In this document: positions 50,200 through 62,369 of the stretch, piece by piece
Position numbering within the stretch: position 1 is the first letter of the stretch
Layout: every line of letters starts with the position of its first letter
Source of the DNA: Octopus sinensis
Taxonomy: Eukaryota
Reading direction: 5' to 3'
NCBI RefSeq assembly: GCF_006345805.1
Contig: NC_043008.1
Coordinates: 57,412,001 to 57,476,000, forward strand
Length of the DNA: 64,000 nucleotides
Notes under the pieces: generated by a model
Database searches by the model: none
Seen by the model: the letters and a program-made list of their open reading frames with translations, nothing else
Told to the model about the DNA's origin: nothing
Position numbers and translations under genes: made by a program

Positions 50200-52010
50200 A
50201 TGGTCATCAGCTGATATTCTTTTCATTAGCAATTCAGTTCTTGAAAAAGGAATACAGCGGTGATGGGATTGTGTGCCAATTAGTTTCACTGCATTGCTGA
50301 ATAATTGCAGGCAAGTCGAAGCTGTTCTCATTTTGGACGACATTGGTGGCCGATATGTAAAAGAACTTTATTCTTGGAATTCTTGCACATGCCCAGTCAT
50401 ACATCTTGGAAGCCATGAGAATACATCCTTCTGTTCGTATTTGTATTTATTGCCGTGGTAGTAGCAGGATTCATACAAGAAGTTTTGTGGGAATATTGAA
50501 TTCACAAGCGGTCCCTGACATCCCGCATGCATATCCTGAGTGACGGGACGCCCTGTTTGCCACGGAGTCTCCACAGACACAGGGACAGAATGACCTTGAA
50601 GCCACCGGTTGCTGATCAGACGCCTCTTGGAATTTTCACCAGACTGCGGCCCTAATATCGCTCGGTGCCAGACCAATCTGCCTTGGGTGGCCCTACTAGG
50701 AGCCAAAGTTTCTGACGGCATAGCTCTGACACTGCCTGTTTACACCATCCTACCGCTTTGAGGAGGGGTTGGACTTTAGCTATCTCCAGTTACCTCGCAC
50801 AAGACTGTCGAGTGTGGGCCGCCATGGTTTGTGATGCCATTAGGACTAGAGAAGAATCCGGCTCAACCCGCCCTGGGTGAACACCGTCAGAAGTACAAGT
50901 AAGTATCCTTCTGTAGCTGCTTATATATAGGTTTGCTTTTTTAGCCAAACATTTCACTGTCCCATTGATTCCATCGTATGAACTTTTTTCATGTGTCATG
51001 GCAAAGAAATGCCACTCCATCTCAAGCCCCTGATCGTTCTGATGAGGACAAAGATTTGTTAGATTTTTGTAGTTCTTCTATTGGCTCTCTGTACCATCAC
51101 TTGTTTGTGAATGGAAGTTCTTTTTTTATATGCAAAATCACCTTCATAATAAAAGCATGCACCGAGGTGGTGGTGTTGGTGGCGGCGAGGGGTTTCAAAC
51201 AATCAAAGGACACTGATTGGAGTGCACCAGTCTTATAATAAAGGGATGAATAGTTGCCTGGGCGTTGTTCCAACGAAACCCTTGCACTATGTCCTGCACT
51301 ACAAAATTATAATTTTCTGCAAAGTTCAGCAATACTATTGCTTGATTTGATGTCAGATAATATTTCTGATGACTAAAGAAACTAGATTGAGCCTTTGTTA
51401 TGAAATGGTGCTGTTGTAGAGAATCAAATGCACTGCCAGCTGTTTGAATGATGTCATTCACTAGGGAAGGTAGGCATAAGAAGGTTGTTGGTTCACATAT
51501 GCCGACTGTCTGTACATTATTAAATTGTTGGAGTCAAATCGTGATGAAAATACGTCCAACAAATGTTGTTTAAAGGCAATCTTTGCAGGGCATGATTCAC
51601 TCAGGAACAACACACATTCACAATTGCTCACAGAACAGATCATTTTGCCAAGCAAGTCTTTGTAGTCATGACTACTAGGGAGGGTGTTGCTCAGACACAT
51701 ACTGAATACATGCCTGAGGCAGTAACTGGAACACACCACTTCAGTCACAAGTCACAAAACTTGAAAAAGCCTACCTTATCTGCAGGGTACTTCTACCTGT
51801 ATTCTATAAAAAAGTTCATGCAGATTCACAAGCAATAGCTGTTTTTGCCAGTGGCTCTTTACTCTGTTCTCTTTTACAGTAACAAATTCCTTTTTACCTG
51901 GGCAAATACATGAATATTCCTCTGACTCATAGAATTGTATTATCCATTCTGTGACATTAGAAGCAAGTGCTCTCCCAGCCTTTTTTGGGTGAGGATCTGC
52001 CAAAATATAT
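50200..52010 (-). mobile_element. Decayed DDE transposase (Sola-like), split by a ~480-bp insertion
   Basis: YSCICPGKKEFV, HHFITKAQS, NFAENYNFVVQDIVQGFRWNNAQATIHPF, EWHFFAMTHEKSSYDGINGTVK, KMYDWAC...IGTQSHH; superfamily assignment is from memory of DFAENY/HGKGPCDG-type transposases. Confidence 0.65.
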
Positions 52011-52735
52011 TCTTTCCTCAGTTGCTCTGATCTCTGATCATGTAGATCAAAGGTTTTGATAGTTTTTTTTCTCTGTGACCAACTTTCTCGATACAGGGAA
52101 AATAAACAGAAATATGTATTTTAACGATATAAAAGTAACAGATAAGCGTAATGTAATACAGCATTTATTGGGAAGTATTTCTAAATTCACAATTATGTAA
52201 AACTAAAATGTTATGCAAAATTCATAGAATAAGCTTAATGTCTGCAAATTGTTCTATATTCACCAATCTATTTGCTTATTTTATAAACCTCTTAGTTAAA
52301 TCATATTCTAGTTATGTACATAACCTACATAATCTACAGCTAATATATACTTGTTATACTATTACTAATTATGACTATATAATTAGTAATCTAAATTAGA
52401 GTTTATATATATTCAAAATCAGCTAAACTTATTATATAAGTAATTCAATTTATGTCTACATTTTATTTTTCTCTCATCCTGGGAATTAAATAATTTTGTA
52501 TTATATTGTAATATTTACGTAAATCCGTTTGTACATCGTAAACCATTGCATCTTTGTCCCTTGTTATAGTATTGACTAGCTGAGCAGATATTAGATGCAA
52601 TGGTATTGATGGTATGGGATACTGTTGTATTTTGTGCTTTGTCCTTTGTTATAGTATTGGCTAGCTGAGCAGATTTTAGATGCAATGGTATTGATGGTAT
52701 GGGATACTGTTGTATCTGGTTGAGCAGATTTTAGA

Positions 52736-54213
52736 TGTTGAAGAGGTTCGATGGTTGTTGGCGGCTAAGTCGGTGAGTTTATCAGAGCCTGCGAAATGTC
52801 CGATCGCGTTGGCTGACTTGCCAGAGAGAATGATTTGAGTTTAGCGGGCCTAAGGGAACGTTTCCTGCGCATGGGGAAGACTTCCGGTGGCCACCTGGAA
52901 GTAGTCCCATTCTGCGCATGCGCGCTGAACCCTACACAGTAGCATCACTACAAGGCTCCCCCTCGAGTGCGAGAGTACGACAACAAGAAAAACTCTAACA
53001 CTTTGTCAGCCATTGTGGCGATCTGGTCCACAGACACAGACTCCAGTGCCGTAGCCAACATTGTCTGCATGTGGGCAGGCAGCCTGGAAAAAAAAATTTT
53101 TCATAAGAGCGGTGCGTCCGCTGCGTTGCCGCTGAGCTCCCTTAGATGGCGCAGGAACTGGGATGGAGTTCTGTCCCCCAACCGCTCGTCGGCCATCAGC
53201 TCATTGAACTGACTTTCCTCCGACCGCGTGTTGCGGCGGAGGATTTCTGCCTTTACTGACGCATATGTGGCGTCAGGGTGGGGACTCATAATGAGATCCC
53301 TGACCGATGTGGCGAGCCAGGAAGGCAAACTTGAGTACAGCAGATGTAACTGCTGTTCTGGAGGAATGGTATGCGCAGCAAAATGGGATTCCACCTGGGC
53401 AAGCCACAGCCCCGCATCCCCCGTGAATGAAGGCAAACCTGAAGCCATGCTTTTGTCGGAAGGATCGTCTGTCAGAAAGGGGCAGAAGGTATGATCGAGA
53501 AATGGAGAGAGAACACGTGGAACCGACAAAGCAAATCAATGGTGTTTTGTGTACTGGTGTGTGTACCTCGTGGGTAGTAAAACAAGTGTGTGTGTGTGCA
53601 CAAAGGAAAACAAAGTACAGAAAAGGAAAAAAAAATGTTGTGTTTTTTTTTTTTTTTTTTTTTCGGTGTACTGAGTGCGATGAATAAGCTTGTTTGTACC
53701 CACCTCGCAGTTCTGAAAGAATGAAAAAATGAATGTTCACTGCTCTATCTGGCAAAAACCTGTTCGCTGCGTCTTCTGTTCTTTTTTTTTTTTATCACGT
53801 CGGGGTCACCAATTGTAACAGGATGGGTTATCGATTCACTGAAAGGGTGTCGATCCGATCCAGTCACGTACAACTTTTGTAAGACAATACAGACGAAGTC
53901 AGTTGTAGGTAAAAGACAGCAGTTCGTTTATTTATTGCGATGGCGTATGTGTGTCTGATGGGAGAAGGACAGCTTCTTGTTCGTTTTGTTGAAGAGGTTC
54001 GATGGTCGTTGGCGGCTAAGTCGGTGAGTTTATCAGAACCTGCGAAATGTACGTCCGATCGCGTTGGCTGACTTGCCAGAGAGAATGATTTGAGTTTAGC
54101 GGGCCTAAGGGAACGTTTCCCGCACATGCGCATGGGGAAGACTTCCGGTGGCCACCTGGAAGTAGTCCCATTCTGCGCATGCGCGCTGAACCCTACACAG
54201 TAGCATCACTACA
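52736..54213 (-). mobile_element. Non-autonomous Gypsy LTR element 1 (gag fragment; 3' LTR truncated)
   Basis: 5' LTR 53814-54213 (TG..CA); PBS 53794-53811 equals the 3' 18 nt of tRNA-Trp (ATCACGTCGGGGTCACCA); gag LPSFTGDAGLWLAQVESHF...LGDRTPSQFLRHLR; PPT next to partial LTR 52736-52952. Confidence 0.9.
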
Positions 54214-54942
54214 GTTCTGATGGTGTGGGATGCTGTTGTATTTTGTGCTTTGTCCTTTGTTATAGTATTGGCTAGCTGAGCAGATATTAGATGCAATGGT
54301 ATTGATGGTATGGGGTACTGTTGTATTTTGTGCTTTGTCCTTTGTTATAGTATTGGCTAGCTGAGCAGATATTAGATGCAATGGTTCTGATGGTATGGGG
54401 TACTGTTGTATTTTGTGCTTTGTCCTTTGTTATAGTATTGGCTAGCTGAGCAGATATTAGATGCAATGGTATTGATGGTATGGGGTACTGTTGTATTTTG
54501 TGCTTTGTCCTTTGTTATAGTATTGGCTAGCTGAGCAGATATTAGATGCAATGGTTCTGATGGTATGGGATACTGTTGTATTTTGTGCTTTGTCCTTTGT
54601 TATAGTATTGGCTAGCTGAGCAGATATTAGATGCAATGGTATTGATGGTATGGGGTACTGTTGTATTTTGTGCTTTGTCCTTTGTTATAGTATTGGCTAG
54701 CTGAGCAGATATTAGATGCAATGGTTCTGATGGTATGGGATACTGTTGTATTTTGTGCTTTGTCCTTGTTATAGTATTGGCTAGCGAGCAGATATTAGAT
54801 GCAATGGTTCTGATGGTATGGGATACTGTTGTATTTTGTGCTTTGTCCTTTGTTATAGTATTGGCTAGCTGAGCAGATTTTAGATGCAATGGTTCTGATG
54901 GTATGGGATACTGTTGTATTTTGTGCTTTGTCCTTTGTTATA

Positions 54943-56152
54943 TTAAGTTGTCCCAAAAGTTCGTAAACACTTGCGAAAATTGAATTTTTACTTGCCAAGT
55001 ACTAACAAAAACAACAAAAATTATTCCTCAAAATAAAGACCATTATTTTCCAAGACTTTCTGCCATCGATCTGCAAACTGTCGAATCAGGTCAAAGTACC
55101 ATTCAGCCGGCTTCGAATCAAAGAATATATGACACGCTTCCTCGACTTCATTAAACGAGTCGGATCGGCGGCCCTTAAAGTGTTGCATTGAGCAGAAAAG
55201 GCTATAATCTGATGGAGCACAGTCAGGACTGTAGGCTGGATATGGCAGAACCTCAACGCCGGCCATCTCTTCAAACTTGTCTTTGGTCTTCCTGGCGGTG
55301 TGTGGCTTGGCATTGTCCTGCTGCATCAAAGCGCGCTTTCGGTTGATCAGAGCCCGGGTACTTTTGCTTCAACATTTCATAGACCCGCTCCAGTTGCTGA
55401 CGGTAAAGTTCGGCACTGATGGCACGACCACTTGGAACCAACTCAAAATGCACGATTCCTTCAAAGTTCCACCAAATGCACATGACTTTCTTGCCGAATC
55501 GATCTTGTTTTGGAACCGACGGTGTCTCTTGCCCTTTCTGAACCCATCGCTTGTCTCGATTGTGCTGGACCAGATAGACCCATTTCTCGTCCGAAGTCAC
55601 AATGTGCTTCCAAAACCAGTCGTCCAATGGATTGCTGAGCAATTGACGGCAAATTTCAACTCGTCTGTTGGCTTTTGCTTCGGTGAGTTCGTGTGGATCT
55701 TGGCGCGGCTTTTTGTGAACAAAATCAAGTTGCCTTAAGTGAATTGTTGATTTGCCAACTCCAAGCTCATCAGCCAATTCTCGAGTACTCGATGAATGCG
55801 CAATGTTCAACCCGGTTTGTAAGTCTCCATCATCTAACTTTAATGGCCGTCCCGAACGAGGCTTATCTTCAAGAGTCATGTCGCCAGAATCGAAACGCTT
55901 GTACCACTTTGAGATCGCCGCATATGCAATTGTTCCTTCACCTTCGGCAGCACAAATTTCTTTGGCAGTTTTTCTGGTTGAAAGACCTCGCTTCCAGCAG
56001 TAACGAATCAAAACTTGCAGCTCAATTTTATTCATGGGCATCAGGAATATAAAGATGAAGGTAACTATGACAATATAAACCCAAACAAACAATTAAAATT
56101 GCATAAAAATTCAAATTTTCGCAAGTGTTTACGAACTTTTGGGACAACCTTA
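54943..56152 (-). mobile_element. Mariner transposon, near full length, frameshifted transposase
   Basis: ~45-bp TIRs (..GTTGTCCCAAAAGTTCGTAAACACTTGCGAAAATT), TA TSD; HTH, PRSGRP, PHEL, IVTSDEKW, QQDNAKPH, YSPDCAPSDY; ORF 56041-55021 with frameshift near 55340. Confidence 0.95.
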
Positions 56153-56268
56153 TAGTATTGGCTAGCTGAGCAGATATTAGATGCAATGGTATGGTGTACT
56201 GTTGTATTTTGTGCTTTGTCCTTTGTTATAGTATTGGCTAGCTGAGCAGATTTTAGATGCAATGGTTC

Positions 56269-58700
56269 TGTAACGAAGGTTCTTTTATCGAAGCACTGAA
56301 AGGGTGTCGATATCCGATCTAGTCGCATATAAAATTTTAGAAAACAATACAGACGAAGTCAGGTTAAAAGGTGAAAAGACAGTAGTTCTGGTTTATTGAT
56401 TGCGATGTCGTACGTTGTCTGGTGGGAGAAAGACAGCCTCTGATATACAGCTTCGTGTTAGTTGTTGAAGTTGGTTGATGGTCGTGGGCGCTATGTCGTA
56501 GCACGAGTGGTTGTCAGAGCCTGTGAATTTGCGTCCGATCGCAATGCTGTCTAGCCGAAGAGGGAGATTTGAGCTTCGCGGGCTCGAGGGAACGTTTTCC
56601 CGCACATGCGCATGGGGAAGACCTCCGGTGGCTACCCGGAAGCAGTCCCATTCTGCGCGTGCGCGCCGAACCCTACACAGCAGCATCACTACAGGGCTCC
56701 CCTCCGAGTGCAAAGTACGGCAACAAGAAAATTTGTGGTGGTGCTGCAGAAAACAGAAGGCTTGCCGATCCCCCAGAAGACTTGGTACATAATATCATAC
56801 AACAAGAAAAATTTTGAAAGAAAGTTAAATGTAGAAATACTCAAAATGAGCAAAATCAAAGTGCATGCGTGAATAAGAATAGCTTTCGGCCAACGTGAGA
56901 AATGATCGATAAAGTTAAACATATATGAGAACCCATTACTCACAGGCCATGGTCCAACCAAATGAAGGTGGACATGGCGAAAACGGGCTTCAGGAGAAGA
57001 AAAACTGTCCAAGTGGAGCGCGAACGTGTCCATGGAATCTTGGATCGTTGACACTTGGAGCAGGTGCGTGTCCAAGAAGTAATAGTGCGACGCATATTCG
57101 GCCAGAAAACCGAGCAGTAATTAGTTTAAGGGTGGCAGCGATACCAGGATGTGAACATCCAACGTTCTTTGAGTCGGGAAAAGAATTAAGCTGACGCAAA
57201 CGTGTTGCAAAACAAAGCAGTACACGTGCAGAACAGAGGTGCATGAATGCAATAGGGCTTGCTAGACTGAAAAACAGCAATGAATATGCCAGTGGTTAAT
57301 GTAAGGCTGAGGCGGCCAGCCAGTGCTTGAGCGATTATATGCCTGGTCGTGCAGGAACAAAAGTGTGACATGCTGGTGCGTTGTAAGAGACAAACAACTT
57401 TCTCTATGTATACGAGACCGACCTAGGGTCTTACAGAAATGAGTTGTGTCCAGAAAGGCAAATTTAGCATGGAAAAACAAGCGAGAAAAGGCATGTGTGA
57501 CGTATGAATGTGACAGTGTTAGCATGTGTGTTTGTAACAATACAAACATTTCCAAAATGAACGTAAAAAACGTACATGCAAAATATGAATAATAATATAG
57601 AACATTCAATAAGATATGCACATGAATTTAGTTGTGTTAGTAAAACGAGTTGTGAAATTTGTGCATTGTGGAATTTGTGTAACTCGTAAAGAAATGAAAG
57701 TGTGCAATGCAATCAGAACAGAATAAAATAAGCAAAAATGACAAACTTAGCTGGAAAATAGTGTTCTTTCTTAAGTCTATTGCTGAAAGTGAAAAATATG
57801 TGCATGCAAAGAATTGCTGAGAGTCTATACGAGTCTTAAATTCATGCAAAAGTTCGTAGACAATGCAGGGTCTGTTTGTTGGGATGAGACGAAAAGCACG
57901 TGGCCAAAAATGTTGCAGGTGCGGGCTTCCATATTTTCTTCCAGTTAGTTTCTGGGCATTTAGCTGTCGAAACGATGCATTTATTGGCTTCCATAGTGAG
58001 CAAATTCTTTGTGCCCCAGCAGTGTTGCATTGCTGTGAAGTACATCGTAAATTGCCTCGCAGTATAGTGCTTTCTGTTGTGCATACGGTAACAAGTGGAA
58101 CGAGGGTGCATCTTGGAGGTGACAATGGTTGTTATTCTTTTTTTTTTGGTTTAGCAGCTCGCCGTGGTGAAAAGAGAAAAAGTGAAGAAAAATGAATGTT
58201 CAGCGCTCTCCGGCAAAAACCTGTTCGCTGCGTTTTCTGTCCTGTTCTTTTTTTTTTCAACTTGGGGTCACCAATTGTAACGAAGGTTCTTTTATCGAAG
58301 CACTGAAAGGGTGTCGATATCCGATCTAGTCACATATAAAATTTTAGAAAACAATACAGACGAAGTCAGGTTAAAAGGTGAAAAGACAGTAGTTCTAGTT
58401 TATTGATTGCGATGTCGTACGTTGTCTGGTGGAAGAAAGACAGCCTCTAATATACAGCTTCGTGTTAGTTGTTGAAGTTGGTTGATGGTCGTGGGCGCTA
58501 TGTCGTAGCACGAGTGGTTGTCAGAGCCTGTGAATTTGCGTCCGATCGCAATGCTGTCTAGTCGAAGAGGGAGTTTTGAGCTTCGCGGGCTCGAGGGAAC
58601 GTTTTCTCGCACATGCGCATGGGGAAGACCTCCGGTGGCCATCCGGAAGCAGTCCCATTCTGCGCATGCGCGCCGAACCCTACACAGCAGCATCACTACA
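56269..58700 (-). mobile_element. Non-autonomous Gypsy LTR element 2 with paired 425-bp LTRs
   Basis: LTRs 56269-56693 and 58276-58700 (about 10 differences by eye); 4-bp TSD GTTC; tRNA-Trp-type PBS TGGTGACCCC; PPT GGAGGGGAGCCC; integrase remnants HPGIAATLKLITARF and RFRHVHLHLVGPWP..IDHFSRWP. Confidence 0.93.
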
Positions 58701-61700
58701 GTTCTGATGGTATGGGATACTGTTGTATTTTGTGCTTTGTCCTTTGTTATAGTATTGGCTAGCTGAGCAGATATTAGATGCAATGGTATTGATGGTATGG
58801 GGTACTGTTGTATTTTGTGCTTTGTCCTTTGTTATAGTATTGGCTAGCTGAGCAGATATTAGATACAATGGTATTGATGGTATGGGGTACTGTTGTATTT
58901 TGTGCTTTGTCCTTTGTTATAGTATTGGCTAGCTGAGCAGATATTAGATGTAATGGTTCTGATGGTATGGGATACTGTTGTATTTTGTGCTTTGTCCTTT
59001 GTTATAGTATTGGCTAGCTGAGCAGATATTAGATGCAGTGGTATTGATGGTATGGGGTACTGTTGTATTTTGTGCTTTGTCCTTTGTTATAGTATTGGCT
59101 AGCTGAGCAGATATTAGATGCAATGGTATTGATGGTATGGGGTACTGTTGTATTTTGTGCTTTGTCCTTTGTTATAGTATTGGCTAGCTGAGCAGATATT
59201 AGATACAATGGTATTGATGGTATGGGGTACTGTTGTATTTTGTGCTTTGTCCTTTGTTATAGTATTGGCTAGCTGAGCAGATATTAGATGCAATGGTATT
59301 GATGGTATGGGGTACTGTTGTATTTTGTGCTTTGTCCTTTGTTATAGTATTGGCTAGCTGAGCAGATATTAGATGTAATGGTTCTGATGGTATGGGATAC
59401 TGTTGTATTTTGTGCTTTGTCCTTTGTTATAGTATTGGCTAGCTGAGCAGATATTAGATGTAATGGTTCTGATGGTATGGGATACTGTTGTATTTTGTGC
59501 TTTGTCCTTTGTTATAGTATTGGCTAGCTGAGCAGATATTAGATGCAATGGTATTGATGGTATGGGGTACTGTTGTATTTTGTGCTTTGTCCTTTGTTAT
59601 AGTATTGGCTAGCTGAGCAGATATTAGATGCAATGGTATTGATGGTATGGGATACTGTTGTATTTTGTGCTTTGTCCTTTGTTATAGTATTGGCTAGCTG
59701 AGCAGATATTAGATGCAATGGTATTGATGGTATGGGGTACTGTTGTATTTTGTGCTTTGTCCTTTGTTATAGTATTGGCTAGCTGAGCAGATATTAGATG
59801 CAATGGTATTGATGGTATGGGGTATGTTGTATTTTGTGCTTTGTCCTTGTTATAGTATTGGCTAGCTGAGCAGATATTAGATGCAATGGTATTGATGGTA
59901 TGGGGTACTGTTGTATTTTGTGCTTTGTCCTTTGTTATAGTATTGGCTAGCTGAGCAGATATTAGATGCAATGGTATTGATGGTATGGGGTACTGTTGTA
60001 TTTTGTGCTTTGTCCTTTGTTATAGTATTGGCTAGCTGAGCAGATATTAGATGCAATGGTATTGATGGTATGGGGTACTGTTGTATTTTGTGCTTTGTCC
60101 TTTGTTATAGTATTGGCTAGCTGAGCAGATATTAGATGCAATGGTATTGATGGTATGGGGTACTGTTGTATTTTGTGCTTTGTCCTTTGTTATAGTATTG
60201 GCTAGCTGAGCAGATATTAGATGTAATGGTTCTGATGGTATGGGGTACTGTTGTATTTTGTGCTTTGTCCTTTGTTATAGTATTGGCTAGCTGAGCAGAT
60301 ATTAGATGTAATGGTTCTGATGGTATGGGATACTGTTGTATTTTGTGCTTTGTCCTTTGTTATAGTATTGGCTAGCTGAGCAGATATTAGATGCAATGGT
60401 ATTGATGGTATGGGGTACTGTTGTATTTTGTGCTTTGTCCTTTGTTATAGTATTGGCTAGCTGAGCAGATATTAGATGCAATGGTATTGATGGTATGGGG
60501 TACTGTTGTATTTTGTGCTTTGTCCTTTGTTATAGTATTGGCTAGCTGAGCTGATTTTAGATGCAATGGTTCTGATGGTATGGGATACTGTTGTATGTAT
60601 TTGTACTTTGTCCTTTGTTATAGTATTGGCTAGCTGAGCAGATTTTAGATGCAATGGTTCTGATGGTATGGGATCATGTTGTATTTTGTGCTTTGTCCTT
60701 TGTTATAGTATTGGCTAGCTGAGCAGATATTAGATGCAATGGTTCTGATGGTATGGGATCATGTTGTATTTTGTGCTTTGTCCTTTGTTATAGTATTGGC
60801 TAGCTGAGCAGATATTAGATGTGATGGTTCTGATGGTATGGGATACTGTTGTATTTTGTGCTTTGTCCTTTGTTATAGTATGGCTAGCTGAGCAGATATT
60901 AGATGCAATGGTTCTGATGGTATGGGATCATGTTGTATTTTGTGCTTTGTCCTTTGTTATAGTATTGGCTAGCTGAGCAGATATTAGATGTGATGGTATT
61001 GATGGTATGGGGTACTGTTGTATTTTGTGCTTTGTCCTTTGTTATAGTATTGGCTAGCTGAGCAGATATTAGATGCAATGGTTCTGATGGTATGGGATCA
61101 TGTTGTATTTTGTGCTTTGTCCTTTGTTATAGTATTGGCTAGCTGAGCAGATATTAGATGTGATGGTTCTGATGGTATGGGGTACTGTTGTATTTTGTGC
61201 TTTGTCCTTTGTTATAGTATTGGCTAGCTGAGCAGATATTAGATGTGATGGTTCTGATGGTATGGGGTACTGTTGTATTTTGTGCTTTGTCCTTTGTTAT
61301 AGTATTGGCTAGCTGAGCAGATATTAGATGTGATGGTTCTGATGGTATGGGGTACTGTTGTATTTTGTGCTTTGTCCTTTGTTATAGTATTGGCTAGCTG
61401 AGCAGATATTAGATACAATGGTATTGATGGTATGGGATATTGTTGTATTTTGTGCTTTGTCCTTTGTTATAGTATTGGCTAGCTGAGTAGATTTTAGATG
61501 CAATGGTTCTGATGGTATGGGGTACTGTTGTATTTTGTGCTTTGTCCTTTGTTATAGTATTGGCTAGCTGAGTAGATTTTAGATGCAATGGTTCTGATGG
61601 TATGGGGTACTGTTGTATTTTGTGCTTTGTCCTTTGTTATAGTATTGGCTAGCTGAGTAGATTTTAGATGCAATGGTTCTGATGGTGTGGGATACTGTTG

Positions 61701-62369
61701 TATTTTGTGCTTTGTCCTTTGTTATAGTATTGGCTAGCTGAGCAGATTTTAGATGCAATGGTTCTGATGGTGTGGGATACTGTTGTATTTTGTGCTTTGT
61801 CCTTTGTTATAGTATTGGCTAGCTGAGCAGATTTTAGATGCAATGGTTCTGATGGTATGGGATACTGTTGTATTTTGTGCTTTGTCCTTTGTTATAGTAT
61901 TGGCTAGCTGAGCAGATTTTAGATGCAATGGTTCTGATGGTATGGGATACTGTTGTATTTTGTGCTTTGTCCTTTGTTATAGTATTGGCTAGCTGAGAAG
62001 ATATTAGATGCAATGGTTCTGATGGTATGGGGTACTGTTGTATTTTGTGCTTTGTCCTTTGTTATAGTATTGGCTAGCTGAGTAGATTTTAGATGCAATG
62101 GTTCTGATGGTATTGGGTACTGTTGTATTTTGTGCTTTGTCCTTTGTTATAGTATTGGCTAGCTGAGCAGATATTAGATGCAATGGTTCTGATGGTATGG
62201 GGTACTGTTGTATTTTGTGCTTTGTCCTTTGTTATAGTATTGGCTAGCTGAGTAGATTTTAGATGCAATGGTTCTGATGGTATGGGGTACTGTTGTATTT
62301 TGTGCTTTGTCCTTTGTTATAGTATTGTCTAGCTGAGTAGATTATACTTACTATTTCTATTCGTAATCC

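Larger units (their letters stand above)
52541..62342 (+). repeat. 85-bp satellite array interrupted by three TEs
   Basis: Unit TTAGATGCAATGGT(TC/AT)TGATGGTATGGG(A/G)TACTGTTGTATTTTGTGCTTTGTCCTTTGTTATAGTATTGGCTAGCTGAGCAGATA; blocks 52555-52735, 54214-54942, 56153-56268, 58701-62342. Confidence 0.97.

Noticed and set aside
53794-53811. tRNA-Trp gene
   Set aside because: Only the 3' 18 nt including CCA, adjacent to an LTR: a primer-binding site
54105-60654. Repeated ORFs MHLISAQLANTITKDKAQNTT
   Set aside because: Satellite translations; the 85-bp unit is not a multiple of 3
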